From sequence record NC_054928.1: a DNA stretch of 64,000 nucleotides. One strand, 5' to 3'. Below the pieces are notes generated by a model, which was not told where the DNA came from, made no database searches, and saw only the letters and a list, made by a program, of their open reading frames with translations. The position numbers and the translations under genes are program-made. Shown here piece by piece: positions 9,964-19,393 of the stretch. The stretch comes from Escherichia phage vB_vPM_PD112. Within the stretch, counting starts at the first letter, position 1, and the number at the start of each line of letters is the position of its first letter.

Positions 9964-11773
9964 GTTTTACTCGTTTTACCATTTCTTTCATTTTACCTAA
10001 ATTCCATGGAACAACGCTAGGAGTTCCAAGATATCCGCATGTTCTTCTTATGGTGTTCATCTTTTTAGGATCAGTTTCTCCACAAATAGAACAAACAAAT
10101 CCGTTCTCGGTTGGAGTCATTTCATGGGTACTTCCACACGTAAAACATTTATCTACTGGCATATTAACGCCAAAATAATCTAAATGTTGTGCAGCATAAT
10201 CCCATACAGCCTCAAGGCCTTTTAGGTTATTTTTCATATCAGGAAGTTCAACATAAGAAATGTGACCGCCTGTCGCGATGAAATGATATGGGGCTTCGCG
10301 AGAAATCTTTTCAAATGGAGTAATATTTTCTTCTACTGAAACGTGGAAACTGTTAGTGTACCAGCCTTTATCAGTAACATCTTTTACACTTCCATATTTT
10401 TCGGTATCAAGTTTACAGAAGCGATAGCACAGGTTTTCAGCAGGAGTAGAATACAAGCTAAAAGCAAATCCGGTTCTTTCAGTCCACTGCTTAAGATGAG
10501 TATTCATTTTAGTTAAAATTTCTTGTCCAATATCACGACCGACAAGAATATTCAATTCGTGAATACCAATGTATCCTAGGGACACTGAACTTCTACCATT
10601 TTTAAATAACTCAATTATATCGTCATCAGGTTTAAGACGAACCCCGAATGCACCTTCCTGGTAAAGAATAGGAGCAACAGTAGCTTTAACTCCTTTTAAG
10701 GAACTAATTCTACACATCAATGCTTCAAAACATAAATCCATTCGTTCATTGAACAATTCGGCAAATTTCTGTTCATTGAACTGTGTTCCAATATAAGAAT
10801 CTAATGCAATACGAGGAAGATTCAGTGTTACAACACCAAGATTATTACGTCCATCAAGAATTTCATTACCAGTCGAATCTTTCCATACGCCCAAGAAACT
10901 ACGGCAACCCATTGGAGAAACAGGAATAGATGAACCGGTGATAGCTTTATTGTTCTTAGCCGAAATGATGTCAGGATACATTCTTTTGCTTGCGCACTCT
11001 AAAGCAAGCTGCTTAATATCATAGTTCGGATCGTCTTTATAAAGATTAACACCTTCTTCAACGAACATAACAAGTTTAGGGAAAATAGGAGTTATCCCAT
11101 CACGACCGAGACCTTTAATACGATTTTTCAGAATTGCTTTCTGAATCATTCGTTCAGTCCAGTCAGTTCCCGTACCAAATGTAATTGTTACAAAAGGAGT
11201 TTGTCCGTTTGAACTAAAGAGAGTATTTACTTCATATTCATAAGCTTGGAACGCATCGTATACGTCTTTTTCTGTTTTAGATTGGGCATAATTCAACGCA
11301 TCAGTGATTTGCCATTTTTCCGCGTCCTCAATATGTTTCGCATAGGTGCGTTTAACATAAGGAGAAAGTACTTTATCTACATTCGCAAAAGTCGTTCCGC
11401 CATATTGATGAGAAGCAACCTGTGCAGTAATTTGTGCCATAATTGCAGTAGCAACGCCAATTGATTTAGGAGTTTCAATCTGTGCATTACCGAGCTTAAA
11501 TCCGTTCTCAAGCATTCCTTTTAAATCTACTAAACAGCAATTAGTAAAAGGCAATGATATACTGTAATCTAAATCATGAAAATGAATTAACCCGGCATTA
11601 TGAGCATTTACAATATGGCTTGGAAGAATACTGCAAGCGATATGTTTAGAAACAATACCGGCCATTAAATCTCTTTTTGTTGGAAAGACACGAGAATCTT
11701 TGTTGGCGTTTTCGGTATTTAATTCTTTATCTTTATTTGAAATAAAATTTAAAACATCTTTCTCTAAAGACAT
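9956..11773 (-). CDS. nrdD: anaerobic ribonucleoside-triphosphate reductase NrdD (glycyl radical enzyme)
   Basis: 605 aa continuous ORF; C-terminal glycyl radical motif RRTCGY and Zn-ribbon cysteines. Confidence 0.9.
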   Translation of the reverse strand: MSLEKDVLNFISNKDKELNTENANKDSRVFPTKRDLMAGIVSKHIACSILPSHIVNAHNAGLIHFHDLDYSISLPFTNCCLVDLKGMLENGFKLGNAQIETPKSIGVATAIMAQITAQVASHQYGGTTFANVDKVLSPYVKRTYAKHIEDAEKWQITDALNYAQSKTEKDVYDAFQAYEYEVNTLFSSNGQTPFVTITFGTGTDWTERMIQKAILKNRIKGLGRDGITPIFPKLVMFVEEGVNLYKDDPNYDIKQLALECASKRMYPDIISAKNNKAITGSSIPVSPMGCRSFLGVWKDSTGNEILDGRNNLGVVTLNLPRIALDSYIGTQFNEQKFAELFNERMDLCFEALMCRISSLKGVKATVAPILYQEGAFGVRLKPDDDIIELFKNGRSSVSLGYIGIHELNILVGRDIGQEILTKMNTHLKQWTERTGFAFSLYSTPAENLCYRFCKLDTEKYGSVKDVTDKGWYTNSFHVSVEENITPFEKISREAPYHFIATGGHISYVELPDMKNNLKGLEAVWDYAAQHLDYFGVNMPVDKCFTCGSTHEMTPTENGFVCSICGETDPKKMNTIRRTCGYLGTPSVVPWNLGKMKEMVKRVKHA

Positions 11774-12585
11774 AATTCTAATTTATCCTTTTGAAATTCT
11801 TCGTCTAAATATGGGTTCCAACCCATTTTAAACCTTTTGATGAAATTATCAATTCTAAATTTCGGTAAGTTTAAATCCGCAAAAATAGATGATTTACTTT
11901 TAAAATCTGGACCTAAATAATCATATAAAATTTCTGCGTATTTTAACCATAATATATAAGTACCAGATTTAATTGCTCTCGGAGTTTTCCAAGGTTTTAC
12001 ACCATACATCGGATTTCCACTTCCTTTATGCCTGATAGAAGATGAAATTCCAATTTTAATTTTAGCTTCCTCTGTATGCGAAAATCCATGATGTGGATTT
12101 TCTTTCCAGTATTTTTTAGAAGCTTCTGATATTTTCTTTCTGGCTAAATTAGTATGATGCTTTCCATAAAATCCATGATTTTTACCTTTATTACGATTTC
12201 TTTTAATCATGGTTATTGATTGCTTTTTTCTAGTTTCTTTAGAAGGAGAAACACCGTATGTTGTAAATTGACCATTAGCATATGCTAAATTAAAATACTC
12301 TTTATTCCATATATCTTTTTCTATATTCTTTTGAAATTCAGCTTCAATGCTAGTTATTTGCTCATCTCCGACTAATTGAAAATATAATATTTCAACTTTC
12401 GGCGTTTCTTTCAACAGGGCTTTTTGAAATTCGGAAGATGACGAAGACGAATAATAAAATTTACCATTTTTATCAATAATATTCGTTCCGTCAAAAGTGC
12501 AATTGGTTTTACTTCCAATATAATAATACGGCGGGGTTTTAGCATTAATTCTACTAATAAATGATAGTTTATATACTACATTCAT
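11764..12585 (-). CDS. putative GIY-YIG family homing endonuclease with NUMOD3-like repeats
   Basis: N-terminal VVYKL...YYYIGSKTN (degenerate GIY-YIG); repeated GxxHxxExKxKIS-like motifs. Confidence 0.55.
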   Translation of the reverse strand: MNVVYKLSFISRINAKTPPYYYIGSKTNCTFDGTNIIDKNGKFYYSSSSSSEFQKALLKETPKVEILYFQLVGDEQITSIEAEFQKNIEKDIWNKEYFNLAYANGQFTTYGVSPSKETRKKQSITMIKRNRNKGKNHGFYGKHHTNLARKKISEASKKYWKENPHHGFSHTEEAKIKIGISSSIRHKGSGNPMYGVKPWKTPRAIKSGTYILWLKYAEILYDYLGPDFKSKSSIFADLNLPKFRIDNFIKRFKMGWNPYLDEEFQKDKLELCL

Positions 12586-13055
12586 TTTAAACTCTTTCTA
12601 AGCTGCTTCTTAAATGAAGCTATTAATTGTGTTTTGGTGTCAGATTCATTATATTCAAATCCTCTTTGAAGCATCTCAGCCATCATTTCCTCTTTTCCTA
12701 AACGAGAAAATTCCTTTGATTTATCTCCAACGAAGTTAGGGTGAATATTATTTTGGGTGTAATCGGATTTTAAATAAGTAAGTAAATTTTCTAACCATTC
12801 AAGATAATCAACGCCTTGTCCCTTTAAGCCAGAACGATTAAATTTGTGTTTCATTTGACCTTCTGCAGCATTACACAGATTACAAAGCAATCCACGTACC
12901 TTTCCAGCTTTCGGTCCATTTAATTCATGGTCATGGTCAAGGTGATTAGCTTGAACATCAGGATTTAGTTCTCGTTGGCAAATTAAGCATTTACCGTTTT
13001 GTGCATTATAAAATTTTTGTTTTTCTTCTTTGTATAATTTGCCAGTCAATAACAT
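12582..13055 (-). CDS. 49: endonuclease VII (Holliday junction resolvase) gp49
   Basis: 157 aa as in T4; Zn-binding cysteines and HLDHDHELNG catalytic region. Confidence 0.9.
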   Translation of the reverse strand: MLLTGKLYKEEKQKFYNAQNGKCLICQRELNPDVQANHLDHDHELNGPKAGKVRGLLCNLCNAAEGQMKHKFNRSGLKGQGVDYLEWLENLLTYLKSDYTQNNIHPNFVGDKSKEFSRLGKEEMMAEMLQRGFEYNESDTKTQLIASFKKQLRKSLK

Positions 13056-13097
13056 AATAAAACCCTTACCTTGAATAGATAAGGGTATTTATTATTT

Positions 13098-13274
13098 TCA
13101 AGTATTGTAAAACATTCGATGCAATCGCTTATATTGTCGAATCATCTTTTTAGTAGGACGAGAATAAGTTCCTACACAAGTGGTCATATTAGGGTCAGTA
13201 GGACTTCCTTTAATAAAAAGTTTCCAGACTTTACCACCATTTAACTTTTCAGTATAAATCAATTCAGTTTTCAT
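13098..13274 (-). CDS. small hypothetical ORF (about 58 aa, below track cutoff)
   Basis: Hand translation; ATG overlaps upstream stop; fills gap before gene 49. Confidence 0.3.
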   Translation of the reverse strand: MKTELIYTEKLNGGKVWKLFIKGSPTDPNMTTCVGTYSRPTKKMIRQYKRLHRMFYNT

Positions 13275-13720
13275 TAAAATGCTCGGTCAGAAAAAGAAAT
13301 TTGAGTTTCAAGCCATTCAATATATTCTGCCGCAGCTTGCATCAAATTTCCTTCATAACCATCGTTATTTTCTTGTGCAGCTAATTTAGCTAATGCATAT
13401 GAAATACGTTCACCCTGAAAAGCGGCTTTAGGTTTATGAATAGCTTGATCAACTCGTTCTACGACTTCTTCAATTTCGCCATTTTCTACTGATTCAGTGT
13501 TCCACAAGCACCAATAGGCAGTTGGCTTATCGTAGATGTTAATAATCTTTCCATCAGAAAGTTCAATTTCAATAATTCCAATATCAGGTTCTATATCATC
13601 TTCACATTCTTTTACAAGTTCACGAACTTTAAAGACAGTACCTGCACTAAGTTCCGGCCAGTAATTACACAGCTCTTTATCAGCACGATTAATTCTAAAC
13701 CACTTATCTACTGCAATCAT
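13274..13720 (-). CDS. hypothetical acidic protein (pin locus position)
   Basis: Track ORF from TTG; ATG at residue 7 with GGAG SD. Confidence 0.5.
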   Translation of the reverse strand: MIAVDKWFRINRADKELCNYWPELSAGTVFKVRELVKECEDDIEPDIGIIEIELSDGKIINIYDKPTAYWCLWNTESVENGEIEEVVERVDQAIHKPKAAFQGERISYALAKLAAQENNDGYEGNLMQAAAEYIEWLETQISFSDRAF

Positions 13721-13842
13721 GTCCCATCTCCATATCAATTATGTCATTTATTGTAGGTTCATTATATACTGTTTCTTCATCAGTGTAAACCGGTTCTTCC
13801 GGCTCTGGCTCTACAGTTTCCCATCTAACCGCCCACCAAGGT

Positions 13843-14013
13843 TTAACCCCGAAGCTTATTAAGTTCTTCATAATCAATCCAGGATTCTAGTCCTGATGGC
13901 AAATCATATTCAATTTCCCAAAGAAGTTCTTCAATTTTCTGAAGACGATCTAATTCTTCAGCTGGAATAGTAACCATTGACGGAGCTCTTGCTACATTAA
14001 TATCGTAAATCAT
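13843..14013 (-). CDS. hypothetical small protein
   Basis: Track ORF from GTG; first ATG at residue 14. Confidence 0.4.
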   Translation of the reverse strand: MIYDINVARAPSMVTIPAEELDRLQKIEELLWEIEYDLPSGLESWIDYEELNKLRG

Positions 14014-14015
14014 AT

Positions 14016-14231
14016 TTACCCCAGTTTGACCATACAATCGCCGTATTTCCACTTAGAAATAGACTTTTCACCGTTAGAATAATAAACTTCGAGTTTAGCA
14101 CGGTTATTTTTAATTTGAATAATCTTTGCTGTCATCAAAGTTCCATACCCATAATAAACTGCAACTTCATCACCTACATATACCGCGCTTCCGCGGTAGT
14201 CATGGATATAATCAGTTCCTTCGAGCATCAT
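14016..14231 (-). CDS. hypothetical protein
   Basis: ORF track; ATG start overlapping nrdC stop. Confidence 0.5.
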   Translation of the reverse strand: MMLEGTDYIHDYRGSAVYVGDEVAVYYGYGTLMTAKIIQIKNNRAKLEVYYSNGEKSISKWKYGDCMVKLG

Positions 14232-14491
14232 TTAAAGTATTCCCGCAATTGGTCAAATCCACCAATATGACTTCCATCAGGAGCAAATACTTGTGGCATT
14301 GTCAAACCAATTTGAGTATCACGACCTAGTTTCGTCAGAAGCTCAGCGATTTTCTCATCATCAAAAACACCTTTTTCCGGCATAATATTGATAAATTCAA
14401 ACGGCTGTTTCTTCACAGTCAAAAGACGTTTTGCATTATCGCAATACACACATTTGTGTATGTTGCTATCATAACCATATACTTTAAACAT
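14228..14491 (-). CDS. nrdC: thioredoxin/glutaredoxin NrdC
   Basis: 87 aa; CVYC active site; matches recalled T4 glutaredoxin sequence. Confidence 0.9.
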   Translation of the reverse strand: MFKVYGYDSNIHKCVYCDNAKRLLTVKKQPFEFINIMPEKGVFDDEKIAELLTKLGRDTQIGLTMPQVFAPDGSHIGGFDQLREYFK

Positions 14492-14559
14492 ATTATTCCT
14501 TAATTCCTAATACTTGTTTAAAAGTCTCGTCGTAATCAAGACTTTGGCCCGTTTGTTCT

Positions 14560-14733
14560 TTATGTTTGTATAATATCACTTACTTCTGATAGCATATTTT
14601 TATATGAACGAGTTAAAGCTGATTTAAGCACGCTGTATCTATCAGGAAATTTACCATGTTCATTATAATAAGCTATTGCTAATTCACGGACTGCCTTTTC
14701 AGCAGTCTCCATATATTCTTTACGCTTGGTCAT
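14560..14733 (-). CDS. hypothetical small protein
   Basis: Track ORF from TTG; first ATG at residue 17. Confidence 0.4.
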
Positions 14734-15037
14734 TTTCTTCTCGGTTAAATCGGTGTTTGCAATGACGACATTTATATTCAAGCTCTGGTTTACGCCAGTT
14801 AATCAATTGGACCTGTTCAGTACCACATTTTGGGCAGTTCGGAACATTCTTAGAAGCCCTTTCGCGGCGTTCAACCATAACCATAATGGCATCCCAAGCA
14901 GGAGGTTTAAAGTCTAGATCGTCACAGCCATGAATCTTTCCACGCATTTCCAGATCGTCTTCTTCACCAGCCATAATGATTTTAATTAGACTGGAATTAC
15001 TTGAAGCTGCAATATCTTCTAATAGACGCTTTTTCAT
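14720..15037 (-). CDS. zinc-ribbon protein
   Basis: C-terminal CPKC...CRHC motif; ATG start. Confidence 0.5.
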
Positions 15038-15960
15038 TTCAATACCTCAATAGCATTACGTAAACCATTTGCTTTTGCATTAAGAGCTTTTAACAATTTG
15101 GTATGTTCGGCAATCTGGACTTCAACTTCAATCAAACGAGCATTGAGATATTCGCGTTCTTCGCTCAAGTTATCAATCTTTTCTACTTTAGGTTCTTTTA
15201 CAACTGGCTTATATGTATTAGGGTTCTTCAGTTTAATTAGAATGCGTGAACTGTATAACATTGAACCATTATCTTCGGTTTCATCATACATTTCCACTAC
15301 GTCCATCATCTCCACCATCGTGCAGAGTTTATAAGACAGCGAACGAATAGTTTTGTTATGCTTATTAATTTCTCTAGCTGTCATGGTGCCGAGATTACGT
15401 GAGTAATAATAAGGAACCTGGATATTAATTAATACTGATGAACCACCTGGCTTGTGTGTTACTTCATCAGCAATAACCCAGTCCTTAACATGAACTGTAT
15501 TTGTACGGTCATCGCCCGCGGTAAATAGTTTACGAGCATGCTTAAAAAGCATATTCACTTGGTCATTGAATTGACAAGCGAATTTATCAGCAAATTTAGT
15601 TTCAGGAATGGTAGATAACCAATCAGCTAAATGGGTCTTTTTAACATCGTTAACAATAGTAAATTCAACCAAATCGGTTATAGATGTCGCAGTTTTAATG
15701 AATCTCGGCTTCATAAAGTTTTTAATGTTATCGCGAGCTACAGTAGAAGATAACAGACGAGAACGTTTAAACCATTGAAGCAAATTGCCTAACGAATGAG
15801 AATAAGCGTTTTGAGTATCTTTACAGATATGATTTTCCTGGCCAACATATTGAAGGAAATCACGAAGAATATTATTGATTACTGCTCTGTGCCCAATCTG
15901 ATAATTACGGTGTTTAGTAATAAGACTGTCAAAATAATCAATATAATGTTTACGAGTCAT
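15034..15960 (-). CDS. hypothetical protein with C-terminal coiled-coil tail
   Basis: Track start (TTG) and second Met lie inside an early promoter; ATG at residue 18 has GAGGAG SD. Confidence 0.55.
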   Translation of the reverse strand: MTRKHYIDYFDSLITKHRNYQIGHRAVINNILRDFLQYVGQENHICKDTQNAYSHSLGNLLQWFKRSRLLSSTVARDNIKNFMKPRFIKTATSITDLVEFTIVNDVKKTHLADWLSTIPETKFADKFACQFNDQVNMLFKHARKLFTAGDDRTNTVHVKDWVIADEVTHKPGGSSVLINIQVPYYYSRNLGTMTAREINKHNKTIRSLSYKLCTMVEMMDVVEMYDETEDNGSMLYSSRILIKLKNPNTYKPVVKEPKVEKIDNLSEEREYLNARLIEVEVQIAEHTKLLKALNAKANGLRNAIEVLK

Positions 15961-15988
15961 ATTAATCTCCTCAGTAGAAAGTAAGAAC

Positions 15989-16018
15989 ATTATACCACAT
16001 CCTTGCGGCAAAGTAAAC
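15989..16018 (-). promoter_or_regulatory. T4-type early promoter (GTTTAC ... TGGTATAAT)
   Basis: 17-nt spacer; overlaps first codons of track ORF 15034-16011. Confidence 0.55.
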
Positions 16019-17031
16019 TAGTTCAGTGCATTTAGTGCATTGTTCAGTTTAGAACGTTGCTTCGTGAGATTTTTGACTTTTTCTTGAGCTTTTTCTAACA
16101 TCTTTTCAGCTTCTAACACTTCATTAGTTGCTTTAACGAGTTCATCATCTACTGCCTTAAGAGACTTCTCAATCGCGTCAGCGTGCCATTTTTCTACAGG
16201 TTTAAAATTTGAATTTTCAGTAGGAAGAAAATTCACTTTATTGAATTTCCATGCATTTTTATTACCTGAACTATACATCCAAAATTTAGGATCGTTTGAT
16301 AAGTAATTGGATAAATTTAAATTTAAGTTATCTTGCACTTCCTGCTTTTTCTCTTGCGTGACTTCGTCCTTTCTCAAAAAATCGTATTTAAATGAAACGA
16401 TCATATCAAGTTCATATGTTGTGTCTAAGAAATGCTGTGAAATCTTAGACTGAACAGCGGCAACAACATCCATATACTTAAATGCTTCTGTCAACTGCGA
16501 TTTAAGGCATTCACAAATTGAAAGAGAATTTTTTGTATTAGGTTTAAAGCTAATTCGTGCAGTTCTATTATTTTCTTTTAATGGTCTTACTTCCATCTGA
16601 AGAGTATAACCATCAAATTTCAGATTCTTTAAGTTAATATCAGAACCTTTCAATCGACTCGCAGTTGATAAAATTTGTTTTAATTGTTTACGGAATAGAG
16701 CAATAAATCTCCATTCAAGACGATAATGATTTGGATTAAAAAATCCTGTTGATAAATCGACCTTACTTTGACCAACGCCTTGAACAAATAGAGGATTTTT
16801 ATAATCAATAGTTTTACAGAAATCGGTGAGCTGCTCACGAGCCGTCATTTGCGTAATATACCCTGCTTCGCTAAAATTACGCACCCATTCACTGCTATTC
16901 GTATACTTAAAGTGATGAATAACACGATTAACTTTATCAGGGTCTAAATTATTTTCACACAAAAATGTCATAACATCACGAGTATAACTGGCATTACGAA
17001 CCATATCTTCAATTTGAGAACGAGTTTTCAT
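16018..17031 (-). CDS. hypothetical protein with C-terminal coiled-coil tail
   Basis: 337 aa; ATG start; last ~45 aa heptad-like helix. Confidence 0.55.
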   Translation of the reverse strand: MKTRSQIEDMVRNASYTRDVMTFLCENNLDPDKVNRVIHHFKYTNSSEWVRNFSEAGYITQMTAREQLTDFCKTIDYKNPLFVQGVGQSKVDLSTGFFNPNHYRLEWRFIALFRKQLKQILSTASRLKGSDINLKNLKFDGYTLQMEVRPLKENNRTARISFKPNTKNSLSICECLKSQLTEAFKYMDVVAAVQSKISQHFLDTTYELDMIVSFKYDFLRKDEVTQEKKQEVQDNLNLNLSNYLSNDPKFWMYSSGNKNAWKFNKVNFLPTENSNFKPVEKWHADAIEKSLKAVDDELVKATNEVLEAEKMLEKAQEKVKNLTKQRSKLNNALNALN

Positions 17032-17039
17032 GGTGTTCC

Positions 17040-17930
17040 TTAAGATTTAAGTAAATCAACAATTTTAATTAACTTTTCACGCTCAGATTTAGCTTTACTA
17101 CTCAATCCAGATAGTCTGAAAATTTCATCGTCATATTGTTGAATAGAAATATTCAGCTCTTCAATTTGCTTATTAAAATAATCAATTTGTTCAGAATGTT
17201 TTTCGTTACTACGAACTGGTACAGGTTTTGTAGGCAATTTAGTTGAACTGGATTCATCCGGGCGATAAATTAAAATACAACTTGAACCAATCGGACATTT
17301 AGCACCAGACACATATTCTAATGTTCCGGCTTCTTTTAAAACTTCAAAAGCTAAACAGAGATGATGACCCATATTGGCATAATCTGTAGAGTGAGCTCTG
17401 ATGTAATAATCATCTCCACGAGTACTAAATTTAAAGCATTTAAGGTCTTCTGTATTATTGGTCTTAAAAATCATTTGTTTATCTAGACCTTTAGCTAATC
17501 GAGCGCCTAATGCTAATAATCGTCGTTGATTTTCCCACAAATCCGCAATCATTTGGTCAAATGATAATTTCGGCATTAGTCGACCATAAAGGTCATATCC
17601 TTTATTATAATTACGAAGGATTTCACTCGCATTAATACGAGACAACGCTCCAATTTTATTAAGGGCTTTCATAATGCGATTAGATAAACTCATTCCAGAC
17701 CCGTTTGGTCGCTGTAAATGTTTTTCTAATCCAAATCCAATATCAACTTTAAACTTATCTAAAATTTCGGCATGAACATCTTTATCAATAACATTCAAAT
17801 CCAAAGTTGGGTTAAATCTATGAAAAAATTTATCTGGCTCTCCACGACGAAATACAGTCCATTCATTCATCATTTTTTTATTAACTAAAGATTTAATTAC
17901 TGTATTGACATTATTAATTACTACTGACAT
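17040..17930 (-). CDS. hypothetical protein with C-terminal coiled-coil tail
   Basis: Track ORF from GTG; ATG at residue 13 with GAGGAAAA SD. Confidence 0.55.
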   Translation of the reverse strand: MSVVINNVNTVIKSLVNKKMMNEWTVFRRGEPDKFFHRFNPTLDLNVIDKDVHAEILDKFKVDIGFGLEKHLQRPNGSGMSLSNRIMKALNKIGALSRINASEILRNYNKGYDLYGRLMPKLSFDQMIADLWENQRRLLALGARLAKGLDKQMIFKTNNTEDLKCFKFSTRGDDYYIRAHSTDYANMGHHLCLAFEVLKEAGTLEYVSGAKCPIGSSCILIYRPDESSSTKLPTKPVPVRSNEKHSEQIDYFNKQIEELNISIQQYDDEIFRLSGLSSKAKSEREKLIKIVDLLKS

Positions 17931-17937
17931 ATTTTCC

Positions 17938-18345
17938 TCACTCAATTTCAATTTTACTAAATACACAGAATATGATTGAACAGACTACATAAGCACCACA
18001 CACAGATTGAACTAATACCATCCCAAAGAACCAAACAATATTATCAAACAGTGTCTGTTTTACGTCGAAAGGACGTAAACTTACAGTAATATTATCACCT
18101 TTTTCTATTGAAGAATACATCTCTGGGGAAATATATTCACTAAATCTATAACCGTCTTTGAGTTCATATACAGCAATAAACGATAAACTAGACCCCTTTC
18201 CTTGTGTTCCTGTAATGGTATTAACTACAGTAACATCATAATCTTTATAATGCATATAATCATTAATTGCGTAATAACCGTATGCAACTACTACACATAA
18301 ACAACATATCAATAAATTCAATCTTTTAATTATCAACTGTTTCAT
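17938..18345 (-). CDS. membrane protein (N- and C-terminal hydrophobic helices)
   Basis: ORF track; ATG start; hydrophobic segments at both ends. Confidence 0.5.
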   Translation of the reverse strand: MKQLIIKRLNLLICCLCVVVAYGYYAINDYMHYKDYDVTVVNTITGTQGKGSSLSFIAVYELKDGYRFSEYISPEMYSSIEKGDNITVSLRPFDVKQTLFDNIVWFFGMVLVQSVCGAYVVCSIIFCVFSKIEIE

Positions 18346-18400
18346 AATAATCTCAATTAAAAGGGCTTAGAACCATTATACCATCCTTGGTATAAAGCGG

Positions 18401-18928
18401 TTATGCGAGTACCGTCTTTAACCGTTCTTCAAACTTCCGAAGAGTATTTTGGCGTTCAGCTCTTTGCTTTTTGTAAGTTTCAATACGCTCTGAAATGAGA
18501 GTGTATCGTTCATTTACTGATTCTTTCATAAAATCAGGAATTTCACGAGAAGCTTTAATCTCATCAAATTTATCAATAACAGCTTGCTCTTCAGCAATTA
18601 AGTTATCATACATTAAAATATCTTTCTTGATGAACTCAATATCTTCTTGAGTTACACGAGATAATTTAGATGCTTTATCCTTTTTGTACTGTTCGTTAGT
18701 ATCACGAGACCAGTGTAATGTACGATTTTTATTCGTATTCTTATAAATTTCTACAATACCAATCTCATCGATAATAACGATCCAATTCCAATGGGATTTG
18801 TAAATTTGTCCTCCATCAACCGTGATTTCACCTCCAATTGAGATGTCATTAAAGAACTTGCTTTGTGCTTCAGATTTAAATTTACCATCGTTATAATTTA
18901 CCAAGTTGAAAATATCTTTAGCGTTCAT
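18401..18928 (-). CDS. hypothetical protein
   Basis: ORF track; ATG start; early promoter immediately upstream. Confidence 0.5.
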   Translation of the reverse strand: MNAKDIFNLVNYNDGKFKSEAQSKFFNDISIGGEITVDGGQIYKSHWNWIVIIDEIGIVEIYKNTNKNRTLHWSRDTNEQYKKDKASKLSRVTQEDIEFIKKDILMYDNLIAEEQAVIDKFDEIKASREIPDFMKESVNERYTLISERIETYKKQRAERQNTLRKFEERLKTVLA

Positions 18929-18956
18929 TTTCTGTTCCTCCGTAGTTGATAGTTGT

Positions 18957-18986
18957 ATAGTACCACAGAGGAACAGTCTTGTAAAC
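18957..18986 (-). promoter_or_regulatory. T4-type early promoter (GTTTACA N17 TGGTACTAT)
   Basis: Member of repeated conserved element TGGTACTATACAACTATCAACTAC. Confidence 0.5.
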
Positions 18987-18988
18987 CA

Positions 18989-19303
18989 CTAAAAGAAACT
19001 TCTTTCACAATTTTTTCCACTAAACCATGCGCTCACTGCTTTCTTAGTCTCAGGAGCAGTGTTATCCATAAACCATTCAAAGGCAGCCTTTTTATGATTC
19101 TGGAGGGCTTCTCGGGCTTTAATCTGCTCACGGTCTATTAACACTAACATATGAGCCTTTCTTGTCACCATGGGCTTCTTATGATTTTTTGAATACTCCC
19201 AGTCATTTGTCCATCGCATTGTCGTTGCGAACTGAAATACAGCTTCTTTAATCTTAGTTTCGTAAATTTCACGAGCCTTTGAGTATAACATCACTACCTC
19301 CAT
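18989..19303 (-). CDS. hypothetical protein
   Basis: ORF track; ATG start. Confidence 0.5.
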   Translation of the reverse strand: MEVVMLYSKAREIYETKIKEAVFQFATTMRWTNDWEYSKNHKKPMVTRKAHMLVLIDREQIKAREALQNHKKAAFEWFMDNTAPETKKAVSAWFSGKNCERSFF

Positions 19304-19393
19304 TCACCAGTTTAATTCTAGTCATCTTTTTAATGGCAGTCCATATAATCTATTTCTGAACTGCCTTTTTGTCTTAGAAGGCCTCTTATGAAT

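Noticed and set aside
9956-11773. Searched nrdD for a group I intron/I-TevII as in T4
   Set aside because: The 605-codon reading frame is uninterrupted; no intron present in this phage.
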